Made by a program: the position numbers and the translations under genes. A DNA stretch of 64,000 nt. Source: a virus. The notes beneath the pieces were generated by a model. That model ran no database searches. It saw only the letters and a program-made list of their open reading frames with translations, and had not been told where the DNA came from. Positions 56,563-64,000 of the stretch are shown one piece after another (positions within the stretch are counted from its first letter, which is position 1; every line of letters begins with the position of its first letter). The DNA lies in the IMG/VR virus record IMGVR_UViG_3300046471_000128, positions 32,001-96,000 of that record. One strand, written 5' to 3'.

Positions 56563-57029
56563 GCTTGGTTCCCCGTGTTTTTGCATTGATTTGATTGTCC
56601 CGACGCACTCTCGGCGGTGCGCTGGATCTCTTCGACCGTGTAACCGCACTTGCATGCGATGCTCGCTTTGGCGCTGCTGTGCACGACGTATTGGCGCCCG
56701 TTCGGCTGCGTGATGAGCCATTCGCCTTCGAGCGTGGGCGGCACTTGCACCACCTGAGCGGCTTCGAGAAAGCGCCGCTGCATCTCTTCGCCCTGTTTCC
56801 AACGCGTGCCGAGCGCCCTCTCGATCGCTCTTAGCGCATTACTCGCAGCCGCAGCGCCGTGCGCGCGCAGGTCGAGCGCGAGGTGGTAGTCGCCAATCGC
56901 CTGACGAATGGCAGCCAACTGCTCGTCTGGGCGGTGCGAATTCGCGATTTCGGTGATCGCGAATATCGGCACTTCGATAGCTTTTTGCTTTTCAGGCAGA
57001 GGATTTATCAGTCTCTCAATATTTTTCAA
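56559..57029 (-). CDS. Hypothetical protein
   Basis: DYHLALDLRAHG..AIERALGTRWKQG; TTG start overlapping the upstream stop. Confidence 0.55.
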   Translation of the reverse strand: MKNIERLINPLPEKQKAIEVPIFAITEIANSHRPDEQLAAIRQAIGDYHLALDLRAHGAAAASNALRAIERALGTRWKQGEEMQRRFLEAAQVVQVPPTLEGEWLITQPNGRQYVVHSSAKASIACKCGYTVEEIQRTAESASGQSNQCKNTGNQA

Positions 57030-57250
57030 TCCAACTTCTCCCTCAATTCAAAGATCCAGCCAGGCTTATCAAGCTTTAGCTGCTCACATTTGGCTTTTAA
57101 CCGGCTAACCTGCGATTCGGTCCTAGCCCAATAAACTGTGGCTTTACTTAACTGTGTTACCTGGACCATATGATCCATGTCCATCGCCTTGAAACGCTTC
57201 TCCCTCGGGGCTCTACCGTAAATCCGGTAGTCCTTCAGACGCGTGCTCAT
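57026..57250 (-). CDS. Hypothetical protein
   Basis: GGAGAGG RBS; lower GC. Confidence 0.55.
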   Translation of the reverse strand: MSTRLKDYRIYGRAPREKRFKAMDMDHMVQVTQLSKATVYWARTESQVSRLKAKCEQLKLDKPGWIFELREKLD

Positions 57251-57531
57251 CGGCCTCTCCTTTGATTATAGGATGAGTTACCTCTTACTTATGTTGAAGG
57301 ACTAAAAAAAAGCGCCCTTCTCCCGCCCTGCTGCTTTTCAGATTACCGATCACTTATTGGACCGACTTCAATCTCTTTGCGAGCTCCTCGATTGTCACGT
57401 TCTCCGAGGTCACACCGCCCAGCAAACCAAGAATCGGTAACTTAATCAGGAGACTGATAGTCGACCAGAGCCGATATAGAAGCGTCGATGGACGCGCGAG
57501 ACTCGGAATGATCAGATTAAACAGCAGAATC

Positions 57532-58245
57532 TCAGGCAAGGTCAGGAATGCCCATACCGACCCGAGCCACAAGCTGTTCAGCCGGTTCTTGTTCTTCCCA
57601 AGGCGGTATTGATGAAAGCCGGGGGTCCATAACATAGTTGTTCCACTCCTCTTCATTGAAGCCAAACGCGAACGTGCGCCTGTTGTTCTGGTCGAGCATC
57701 CTATCCGCTTTCCGCGATTCTCGCTTTTTCGAGCATTCGTCTGCGCTAGGCTTAGGGCGCTTAGGGCGCGTGAAAAGCTCGGGCAGCGGCTCTACACGGG
57801 CCTGTGCGCGTGCCTCGCGCATTCCCATCTTAGCTAGGTGATCGCATTGATTATTGACCCACAGACGCGGCTGCTCCCCGTTTGTGTGCCCTTTGACGTG
57901 CTTCCAACGCACGGTTGCGTTTTTGATCTGAAGGAGTGCGACCAACCCGTCAACGATAATCCTCTCGTCTTCCTGCAGGATACGCTTTCGCTCGAAGGCT
58001 GCAATAGCCGCGGTGCAGTCGGTCTGAATGAGTATCGTGTCGCCCGGCCATGCAATCAAGTGCACGAATGTCATGTGCAGAGCGTTTAGACACGCCATCA
58101 TTTCCGCGATGCCGCTGTTACGGGCAAGGGACTTAAAAGGCCCGCCTCCCGAGTGTTGCCCGCGCAAGGACTTCGACCAGTAGCCAAAGCCGCCCGCGCG
58201 AGTTTCAGGATCGAACGACGCGTCGGCGAATACGCTTACGAGCAT
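57532..58245 (-). CDS. Ribonuclease HI-like protein
   Basis: VFADAS, AEMMA, IQTDC, WKHVKGH, NNQCDHLAK. Confidence 0.88.
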   Translation of the reverse strand: MLVSVFADASFDPETRAGGFGYWSKSLRGQHSGGGPFKSLARNSGIAEMMACLNALHMTFVHLIAWPGDTILIQTDCTAAIAAFERKRILQEDERIIVDGLVALLQIKNATVRWKHVKGHTNGEQPRLWVNNQCDHLAKMGMREARAQARVEPLPELFTRPKRPKPSADECSKKRESRKADRMLDQNNRRTFAFGFNEEEWNNYVMDPRLSSIPPWEEQEPAEQLVARVGMGIPDLA

Positions 58246-58424
58246 GCGCAGCCCTCCCTGATCCCGCCAACCGCCTTGATGTGATCCGCATACTGGATCG
58301 GCAGCCCAAGCTCCCTTGAGATCCGCGCGTGCAGGTGCGTGTCGTCGTCCCACGGTTTTTCCGTGATGTGTTCAAGCGCCTCGCGCAGCAGCCCCCGAAG
58401 GCGGTCTTCGGTCGCGGTGCTCAT
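58236..58424 (-). CDS. Hypothetical protein
   Basis: Coupled ORF. Confidence 0.55.
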   Translation of the reverse strand: MSTATEDRLRGLLREALEHITEKPWDDDTHLHARISRELGLPIQYADHIKAVGGIREGCACS

Positions 58425-58906
58425 GCGGGCACCTTGCGCTTCGTCGGCGGGATATGCCCGTTCCCGTTGGGGGTGAAGCGCTCGTAGACTTCGAGGAATG
58501 CCTCTGCGGCCGCGAGCGGTGACTTTCGCGCGATGCGGGCGCGCTCCTCACCCTCGGGTTGCCGACCCCAGCACCAGAAGTAATAGAGGCCGTCCTTCTC
58601 GTGCATCGGTAGCCCCGTCATGCGCCGCCCGCGGTGCTCCTGCACCAACGTCCACTCCTCGTCGGTGATGGCGCGCTCGGTCGCTTTGTCGGGCTCTGCC
58701 ACCTCGACGCGCGGCTCTTGCACGACCTTGATCTTCACGCGATGGCCCATGCCGCTATAGACCACGCCGTTGCCCGCGCGCAGCGCATCAAGGCTATCGA
58801 CATTGATCTTCGCGCCCGCACGGTCGAGCGTGTGGAGGATCGCTTCTGCGACACGGTGATGCCCGGAACCGACCTGACCCTTCACGATGACTTTGATTTT
58901 GCTCAT
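58421..58906 (-). CDS. Hypothetical protein
   Basis: Coupled ORF. Confidence 0.6.
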   Translation of the reverse strand: MSKIKVIVKGQVGSGHHRVAEAILHTLDRAGAKINVDSLDALRAGNGVVYSGMGHRVKIKVVQEPRVEVAEPDKATERAITDEEWTLVQEHRGRRMTGLPMHEKDGLYYFWCWGRQPEGEERARIARKSPLAAAEAFLEVYERFTPNGNGHIPPTKRKVPA

Positions 58907-59478
58907 GCTGCCTCCAGAACTGCGGGCACCGGCTGCACGATGTGCGGGCCGAAGAAGCCCATCGCGCGCGCAGCGAAGTAAGCCTGCATATTTACCGAAA
59001 TATCGTATTCAGCGGCATGGGCCAGCGCCGGGTTGTAGTCCACGCCGCAGGCGAAGCACAACTCGCCCAAGTTCGGCAGCTTGCCGAGCGGGGTCGCCCA
59101 GCGCGCCTCTTCCATCGTGTCGATCAGTTCGAGCTTCGGCACGGCCATCCCGATGCGCTGGAACTCGCCCGACAGGAACGGCCAGTCGAACCCGCGCACG
59201 TTGTGCCCGCCCATGTATTGCGCCGCGGTGAGAATGCGATGCACGTTTGGAGCGACCTGCTCCCACGTCGGCTCATTCGCTAGCATGTCGAACGTGATCC
59301 CGTGCACCGCCTGGGCGGCTGCGTCAATCGGCCGTTGCGGATTCACGCGCTGCACGTATTTGCCCATGAAGCGCGCGGACTCGAGCTCATAGAGCAAGGC
59401 GGCAACTTCGATGATGCGGTGGCCGGCGGACTGGTCTAGCCCGGTCGTCTCTAAATCCAGACCTACAAGAAGGGTCAT
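58903..59478 (-). CDS. DEDDh 3'-5' exonuclease (DnaQ-like)
   Basis: GLDLETTGL, HNVRGFD, AHAAEYD. Confidence 0.92.
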   Translation of the reverse strand: MTLLVGLDLETTGLDQSAGHRIIEVAALLYELESARFMGKYVQRVNPQRPIDAAAQAVHGITFDMLANEPTWEQVAPNVHRILTAAQYMGGHNVRGFDWPFLSGEFQRIGMAVPKLELIDTMEEARWATPLGKLPNLGELCFACGVDYNPALAHAAEYDISVNMQAYFAARAMGFFGPHIVQPVPAVLEAA

Positions 59479-59569
59479 AAGAACCTCACATTTAATAACT
59501 GTTCGCTTACTTATTATAGCGCCCGCTCTTTGGCGGGCACGTTTTAGAACTAATGGGCGATCTTGCGTT

Positions 59570-59977
59570 TCATGCGGCGGCCCACGCGGCGAGTTGACTC
59601 TTCAACTGCCCGTGCCTCGCCAGGAAGTCGCGAATGCGCTTGAGAGCGATCTTCTTGTGGCTCCGCTTCGTCGTGTGCGCCGGTCTGAACAGTGCCCACG
59701 CGATCGTAGAGTTGATTCCGAAGAGCTTTTCGAGCGCCGCGTAACCCCGCTCGTCGCCAACTGCGATCATGTCGTAGCCAGGCTGCGCTCCGTCATATCG
59801 CAGACCGAGCGCCTGGAACTTCGGGTGCAACGTCAGCCACCCGATCGTGCAGGCGACCGTGCCGCAGTTCATACCGTTGTCGCGCGCCCGCCAGTTGTCC
59901 AGGTCGATGTTCTCTGCGGGGATTCCGTCGATGATTTCGTAGGCGTCTTTCAACAGTTCGAAGTTCGGGCGTTGCAT
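59570..59977 (-). CDS. Hypothetical protein, CGxxAC family
   Basis: CGTVACTIGWLTLHPKFQALGL. Confidence 0.7.
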   Translation of the reverse strand: MQRPNFELLKDAYEIIDGIPAENIDLDNWRARDNGMNCGTVACTIGWLTLHPKFQALGLRYDGAQPGYDMIAVGDERGYAALEKLFGINSTIAWALFRPAHTTKRSHKKIALKRIRDFLARHGQLKSQLAAWAAA

Positions 59978-60066
59978 GGGCTCTCCTGAATGGTCTCAAT
60001 GCGACCGGGTTGCGATTGAGTCATTCTCCCGACCGCGCATTGGCGGTCGGGCGGATACAGCGGGTG

Positions 60067-60450
60067 TTACGTGAGTGCGAGTTGGTGCTCGGCGGCGATA
60101 GGCGAACCCACCTGCTCACCTTGCACCGGCTCCCCTGCGAGAGCAGCATCCAGCGCAGCGTCTTCCTCGGGCGTCATCGGTGCGGCGGCCGACTTCGCAC
60201 GCTTCGGGAGGATCTCGCGCAGCGCGTCGGCGTTGTCCACGATGAAGCAGGCGACTTGGTTCACCGTCACCGCGTCGAGATACTGCATGCTGTCCTCGCT
60301 GTTCGGCAGCTGTGCAGCAACGAGCTCCATGACCTTGCGCACGCGGTCCAGGTCAGCCTGGTGCTTCATCGCGTCAACCTTGCTCTCGAAGGTTTGGCCG
60401 TCGCTGGTTTCGTATTGGGCCTTGACGATGCGCTTGATGAGGTTTGCCAT
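60067..60450 (-). CDS. Hypothetical protein (phage dsDNA-binding-like N-terminus)
   Basis: YETSDGQTFESKVDAMKHQ. Confidence 0.6.
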   Translation of the reverse strand: MANLIKRIVKAQYETSDGQTFESKVDAMKHQADLDRVRKVMELVAAQLPNSEDSMQYLDAVTVNQVACFIVDNADALREILPKRAKSAAAPMTPEEDAALDAALAGEPVQGEQVGSPIAAEHQLALT

Positions 60451-60517
60451 GATGTGTAGATCCTTATAGGGAGTGGAAAATCGGGTCCGCGCTGGCGCGG
60501 ATTTCTCGGTTTGGGTT

Positions 60518-60985
60518 TTACAGCTTCACGCGGCCGGTTTCACGCAGGGTGTCGGCCAGTTGCAGCGTGGACATTTCGATCAGCAGCACGTCGCGGTTGC
60601 GGGCCGGGTCGAACTTGCGGAGCGAACTGGGCGCAGCGCCGTTCACGCGTTCGAGCGCTTCGACGAGCTCCTCGCGCAGGTGCAGCAGCGTGCGGGCTTC
60701 GGCGAGCACCGGGTGCGGCGCGAACATGCAGGAGATGCTGTCCGTCTCCATCACGCCCGGAATGTATTCGACGATGTGGCCGGGGAAGTGCTTGCTCTCA
60801 AAGAGGATCACCCCGCCGCCCCGGCGGGATTGCGCGAAGATCGCCTTCTTCTGTTCGTCGGTGCGGTTCTGAAGCTCCCCCAGGATGGTGTAGAGCTTGT
60901 CCTCGTCGCGAATGATCTGGATCTCGTTCGCACGGGCGACGAGATTGGCGACGTCAAGACGAATGGCTGAAATGGTGGTGCTCAT
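60518..60985 (-). CDS. Hypothetical protein
   Basis: GAGG RBS; operator copy upstream. Confidence 0.65.
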   Translation of the reverse strand: MSTTISAIRLDVANLVARANEIQIIRDEDKLYTILGELQNRTDEQKKAIFAQSRRGGGVILFESKHFPGHIVEYIPGVMETDSISCMFAPHPVLAEARTLLHLREELVEALERVNGAAPSSLRKFDPARNRDVLLIEMSTLQLADTLRETGRVKL

Positions 60986-61049
60986 GTTCCCTCAAAGGTT
61001 GTTAAGTTTCTCGTTACTAATCATTATAGTAACGAGAAAAGATCGGCGA

Positions 61050-61352
61050 TCAGAACTGCTGCTTGATCGAATCCGCGAGCTTGTCGTAAGCGCGCAGGCG
61101 CGTGAGGACGTGGTAGATCGAACGATCCGAAGTGCTGCTGTCCTTCATGCCGGCGATCAGCTCGTCGGCGTTCTCAGCCCACTGGAACTCCCCGCCGTGC
61201 GTGACGGTGAGAATCGACTGGTTGATTCCGCCGTAGAAGTGCACGCTCGGCTTCAGGAACTCGGGCGACAGCGTGAGAGTGCCGACGAACCCGTCATCGG
61301 GTGCTTGTGCGCCGCTCGGGGTGAGCGGCGGCACGTATTGACCGCTTTCCAT
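61050..61352 (-). CDS. Hypothetical protein
   Basis: GAGGAG RBS before ATG 61352. Confidence 0.55.
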   Translation of the reverse strand: MESGQYVPPLTPSGAQAPDDGFVGTLTLSPEFLKPSVHFYGGINQSILTVTHGGEFQWAENADELIAGMKDSSTSDRSIYHVLTRLRAYDKLADSIKQQF

Positions 61353-61362
61353 CAGGTTCTCC

Positions 61363-61803
61363 TCAGAGGGCGATAGCGCCCGGTTGATCACGGAATTTCT
61401 TCGCGGTGGTCAGGAACAGGCGCAGCGCGGACGCGGAGGAGTCGTCCTCGACGCGGGTTTCCTTCGACACCAGCGCGACGCCCGGCTTCTTCAGGGTCGT
61501 CTCGACCGTCAGGCTGCCGACGAGCCACCGCACGACGACGACCACCTCGCCGATCACCGTGACCGAGCGCTGGACCTCGCTCACCCCGCCCAGATACTCC
61601 TTGCGGGCCGCGCTGATGATCTCCATCGACTCTTTGCTCACCAGGCCCGCCACACCGCCCCACAGCCCTTCGAGGGTCTGGTGGTAGGCGTAGCTGGTGA
61701 TCTTGCCGGCGCGCACCGCCAAAAACGCGCGCTCGATCTCCTCGACGACCTTGCGTTCGAGCTCCTCGCGAATGGTCGGCGGCTCGCCGTTGAGCGTGCT
61801 CAT
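61363..61803 (-). CDS. Hypothetical protein
   Basis: Coupled ORF. Confidence 0.6.
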   Translation of the reverse strand: MSTLNGEPPTIREELERKVVEEIERAFLAVRAGKITSYAYHQTLEGLWGGVAGLVSKESMEIISAARKEYLGGVSEVQRSVTVIGEVVVVVRWLVGSLTVETTLKKPGVALVSKETRVEDDSSASALRLFLTTAKKFRDQPGAIAL

Positions 61804-62432
61804 GCTGCGACGGGAACGATGGCGAGGGCGGGCGCCGGCTTCGCGGGCTTGATTACGCCCACCTTGATGCCGGCGTCGCGCAGCGCCGCGTTCAGGTCAT
61901 CGACCGGCAGCGCGGGCAGCATGGGCTTCGGGGCAGTCAGATCGGACGGGAGGAAGCCTTCGACCTCGGGCCACATTTCGATCAGCTTGTTGAGCGAGGA
62001 CGTCGCATAGACGGTGAGCCGGATGCTTTCCGCAAGCTCACCGCGCTTCTTGTCCAGGGCGGCGCGCTCATCGTCGAGCGTGCGATAGGCGAGATACACG
62101 TCGCGGTCATAGACCGACAAATAGCCGAGACTTTCGCGTGAGAAGAATGGCAGCGGCTTGGCTACCTCGACGCTTCGCTCGGTCTTGAGATGACTTTTCG
62201 TGTCCACGTCATAGAAGCGCAGCGTCAGGCTGTTGGTCAGACTGAGAAACTCTTCGGGCGCCTGACGCGCTGCCTTCTCCTTCGCGGCGGGCACCACCGA
62301 GCGGTAGCAGTCCATCGCGATCTTGGCGAGGCGCTTCTTGATGTCCGCATACTCTTTTTCGAAAGCGCCGCGCAGTGCATTGGAAATGATCTGGTCGCGG
62401 GCGTGGTTGGTCAGCTTAACGTTCTTCGTCAT
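61800..62432 (-). CDS. Nucleotide modification-associated domain 5 (Nmad5)-like protein
   Basis: VKLTNHARDQIISNAL ... SLNKLIEMWPE ... LPALPVDDLNAAL. Confidence 0.65.
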   Translation of the reverse strand: MTKNVKLTNHARDQIISNALRGAFEKEYADIKKRLAKIAMDCYRSVVPAAKEKAARQAPEEFLSLTNSLTLRFYDVDTKSHLKTERSVEVAKPLPFFSRESLGYLSVYDRDVYLAYRTLDDERAALDKKRGELAESIRLTVYATSSLNKLIEMWPEVEGFLPSDLTAPKPMLPALPVDDLNAALRDAGIKVGVIKPAKPAPALAIVPVAA

Positions 62433-62538
62433 GGAGAAATCCTCTAATTGTTTGATTTGAAAGGGACAACCGACACTTAGAAGTGTAGTCGTCCCTGTTT
62501 GGCAATTTGTAACCGGTGACTTATCGTAACCGGTTTTC

Positions 62539-63165
62539 CTAGTGCAGCACAAGGCCCGCTTCGTGCATCGACTGCATGGCGGCGTTGTGACGCACCGCGG
62601 ACTTGCTCACCCCGTGCGCCACCGCTGCGACGCGCTGCTTGAGATCCGTGCAGCTGCGCGGCATGCTGAAGTGGTCGCACTTGAGCGCCCCGCCCGCCAT
62701 CAGGCCCAGCATCAGCGCGTTTAAATGCTCGACATACGCTGGGTTCGCCGGCGCCTTCCCTTCCGCGTCGACCAGCTGAATGCCCGGCTGCACGAGGATC
62801 AACGTGGTGAAGTGCCGGTTGGCGCATTCGTAGCAGTCGTGCATGTAGCGTTGCAAATCCGCGACAAGCGGCATGGGCACGTTTTCGCGCGTCACGTCGG
62901 CGAGCGTGTAGCCCAGCAGGTCGATCGGCGTGCGGTCGGTGATGAACTGCATGCCGCTCTTCTCGTAGAGCGTGTTCACGTCCTTGAGGATCTCCCGCTG
63001 GATCAGGAGGCGGGTTGCGAAGTCGTAGTCCTTCTTCGGGTCGAAGCCGAGGCGCTCGAAGGTCGCCGAAGCACCGGTCGCCACATACTTGACGCCCGAG
63101 TGCTCCGAAAACGCCCGTGCGAGGGTCGATTTGCCGGATCGATGCGAACCGCACAGGCCGAGCAT
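62539..63165 (-). CDS. P-loop nucleotide kinase (NadR/AAA_28-like)
   Basis: GLCGSHRSGKSTLA, ITDRTPID. Confidence 0.8.
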   Translation of the reverse strand: MLGLCGSHRSGKSTLARAFSEHSGVKYVATGASATFERLGFDPKKDYDFATRLLIQREILKDVNTLYEKSGMQFITDRTPIDLLGYTLADVTRENVPMPLVADLQRYMHDCYECANRHFTTLILVQPGIQLVDAEGKAPANPAYVEHLNALMLGLMAGGALKCDHFSMPRSCTDLKQRVAAVAHGVSKSAVRHNAAMQSMHEAGLVLH

Positions 63166-63833
63166 TACGCTGCTACCTGTTCAGCGCCGGCTTCTAGGAG
63201 CGTGCGCTCGGCGGCGACGTCACGCTGCACCGCGGCGTTCGGATCGAACGCGCCCGCCTGGTAGCGGCCCGCCTTCTTGTCCTTCAGCTTCTTGATGTTG
63301 GTGAAATTGCACTGCTCGCGGGTGTAGCCGAGCGCGTCGAGCGCGATCTCGCCATACCAGGAAGCGTCGCCCTGTTCTTCCAAAGCGTTCACCTTGTCGA
63401 CCGGCTGGCCGAAGAACGTCGGGATCAGCGCGGCGACAAACTCCGTCGACTCGGTGAACTGACCGAGCGCCGCGTGCAAGAGCCGCACGTCCACGCCCTG
63501 CAGCGACAACGCTTCGCGCGCTTCCTTCTCGATGCCGGGGAAGAAGTCGGCGTCGCGCTGGTCACGGTAGCGGCCGGTCGCGAGCGGGAACGTCAGATCC
63601 TTCATGATCCCGGGGATCGCCTGCAGAGCTTGGCCCGTGATCTGCGGGTCGAGGTCCTTGCCGTAGAACACGGCGCGCTTGACCTGATCGAGCAGGTTGC
63701 CGGCCTGGACCGCGAGGTTCAGTGCCATCACGAGCGTGGCCGGGCCGAAGTTGATCGCGTCGGGCTTCGATTCCGTCGAGAGGACTTCGGTGCGGTAGGT
63801 GGCGTTGTCCATCGTGTTTTGTGCTTGCGTCAT
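63165..63833 (-). CDS. MazG-like nucleotide pyrophosphohydrolase with duplicated domain
   Basis: QAGNLLDQVKRAVFYGK; LLHAALGQFTESTEF; EEQGDASWY; NIKKL..RY. Confidence 0.8.
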   Translation of the reverse strand: MTQAQNTMDNATYRTEVLSTESKPDAINFGPATLVMALNLAVQAGNLLDQVKRAVFYGKDLDPQITGQALQAIPGIMKDLTFPLATGRYRDQRDADFFPGIEKEAREALSLQGVDVRLLHAALGQFTESTEFVAALIPTFFGQPVDKVNALEEQGDASWYGEIALDALGYTREQCNFTNIKKLKDKKAGRYQAGAFDPNAAVQRDVAAERTLLEAGAEQVAA

Positions 63834-63884
63834 GGTTCGTTACTCCTTGGTTTGGGTGGTCGATAAGTGTTCAATTACTTATCA

Positions 63885-64000
63885 TTATAGTGAGGCAAAA
63901 GGTTCAGTCAGACGTGAACTGCGACGGAGCGGACCTTTCTTCGCAACCGCCTCTGCTTCAGCCTGCTTCTTCGCGCGCTCGATGCGCAGCTCCACGTCGC
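63885..64000 (-). CDS. 3' end of a gene truncated by the window edge
   Basis: Open frame DVELRIERAKK...FASL ending at TAA 63885. Confidence 0.5.
   Translation of the reverse strand, partial: DVELRIERAKKQAEAEAVAKKGPLRRSSRLTEPFASL

Noticed and set aside
46133-60056. Repeated intergenic hairpins as integron attC sites
   Set aside because: No RYYYAAC/GTTRRRY core pair and no integrase in the window; fixed spacing to a -10 box fits promoters better
1-64000. tRNA or rRNA genes
   Set aside because: None recognised by eye; tRNAscan-SE or Infernal would be needed to exclude them

Overview
A 64 kb segment of a large, GC-rich (roughly 65% by eye) siphovirus-type phage; almost all genes are on the minus strand. 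Positions 1-28.7 kb hold the virion module: tail fibre, lambda-like tip J/K/L/M, tape measure, frameshifted tail chaperones, major tail, head-tail genes, capsid, scaffold, portal, TerL and TerS. Upstream lies an operon of two ParB/Srx proteins, a Tad2-like protein, an HExxH peptidase, an ABC ATPase, a thioredoxin, a GNAT-like protein and a wHTH protein, followed by a divergent SF2 helicase and a TIR moron. Positions 37-64 kb are dense small early/middle genes plus a ligase domain, RNase H, a DEDDh exonuclease, Nmad5-like, NadR-like and MazG-like genes. The gene content resembles SSU5/pHCM2-type phage-plasmids, probably of a Burkholderiaceae host (inference; no rep or integrase in the window). 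The most striking signals are non-coding. (1) A ~1.4 kb island (38740-40182) is almost free of the tetranucleotide HGGM/KCCD. (2) About 17 hairpin-forming promoter-like elements use exactly that HGGM motif in place of a -35 box. (3) Motif-rich arrays flank the void. (4) About 20 copies of an 18-bp operator-like palindrome occur across the window. Together with the packaging-linked ABC-ATPase/GNAT/ParB operon, these suggest an undescribed motif-based DNA marking or reading system. All motif counts were made by eye and need scripted confirmation.
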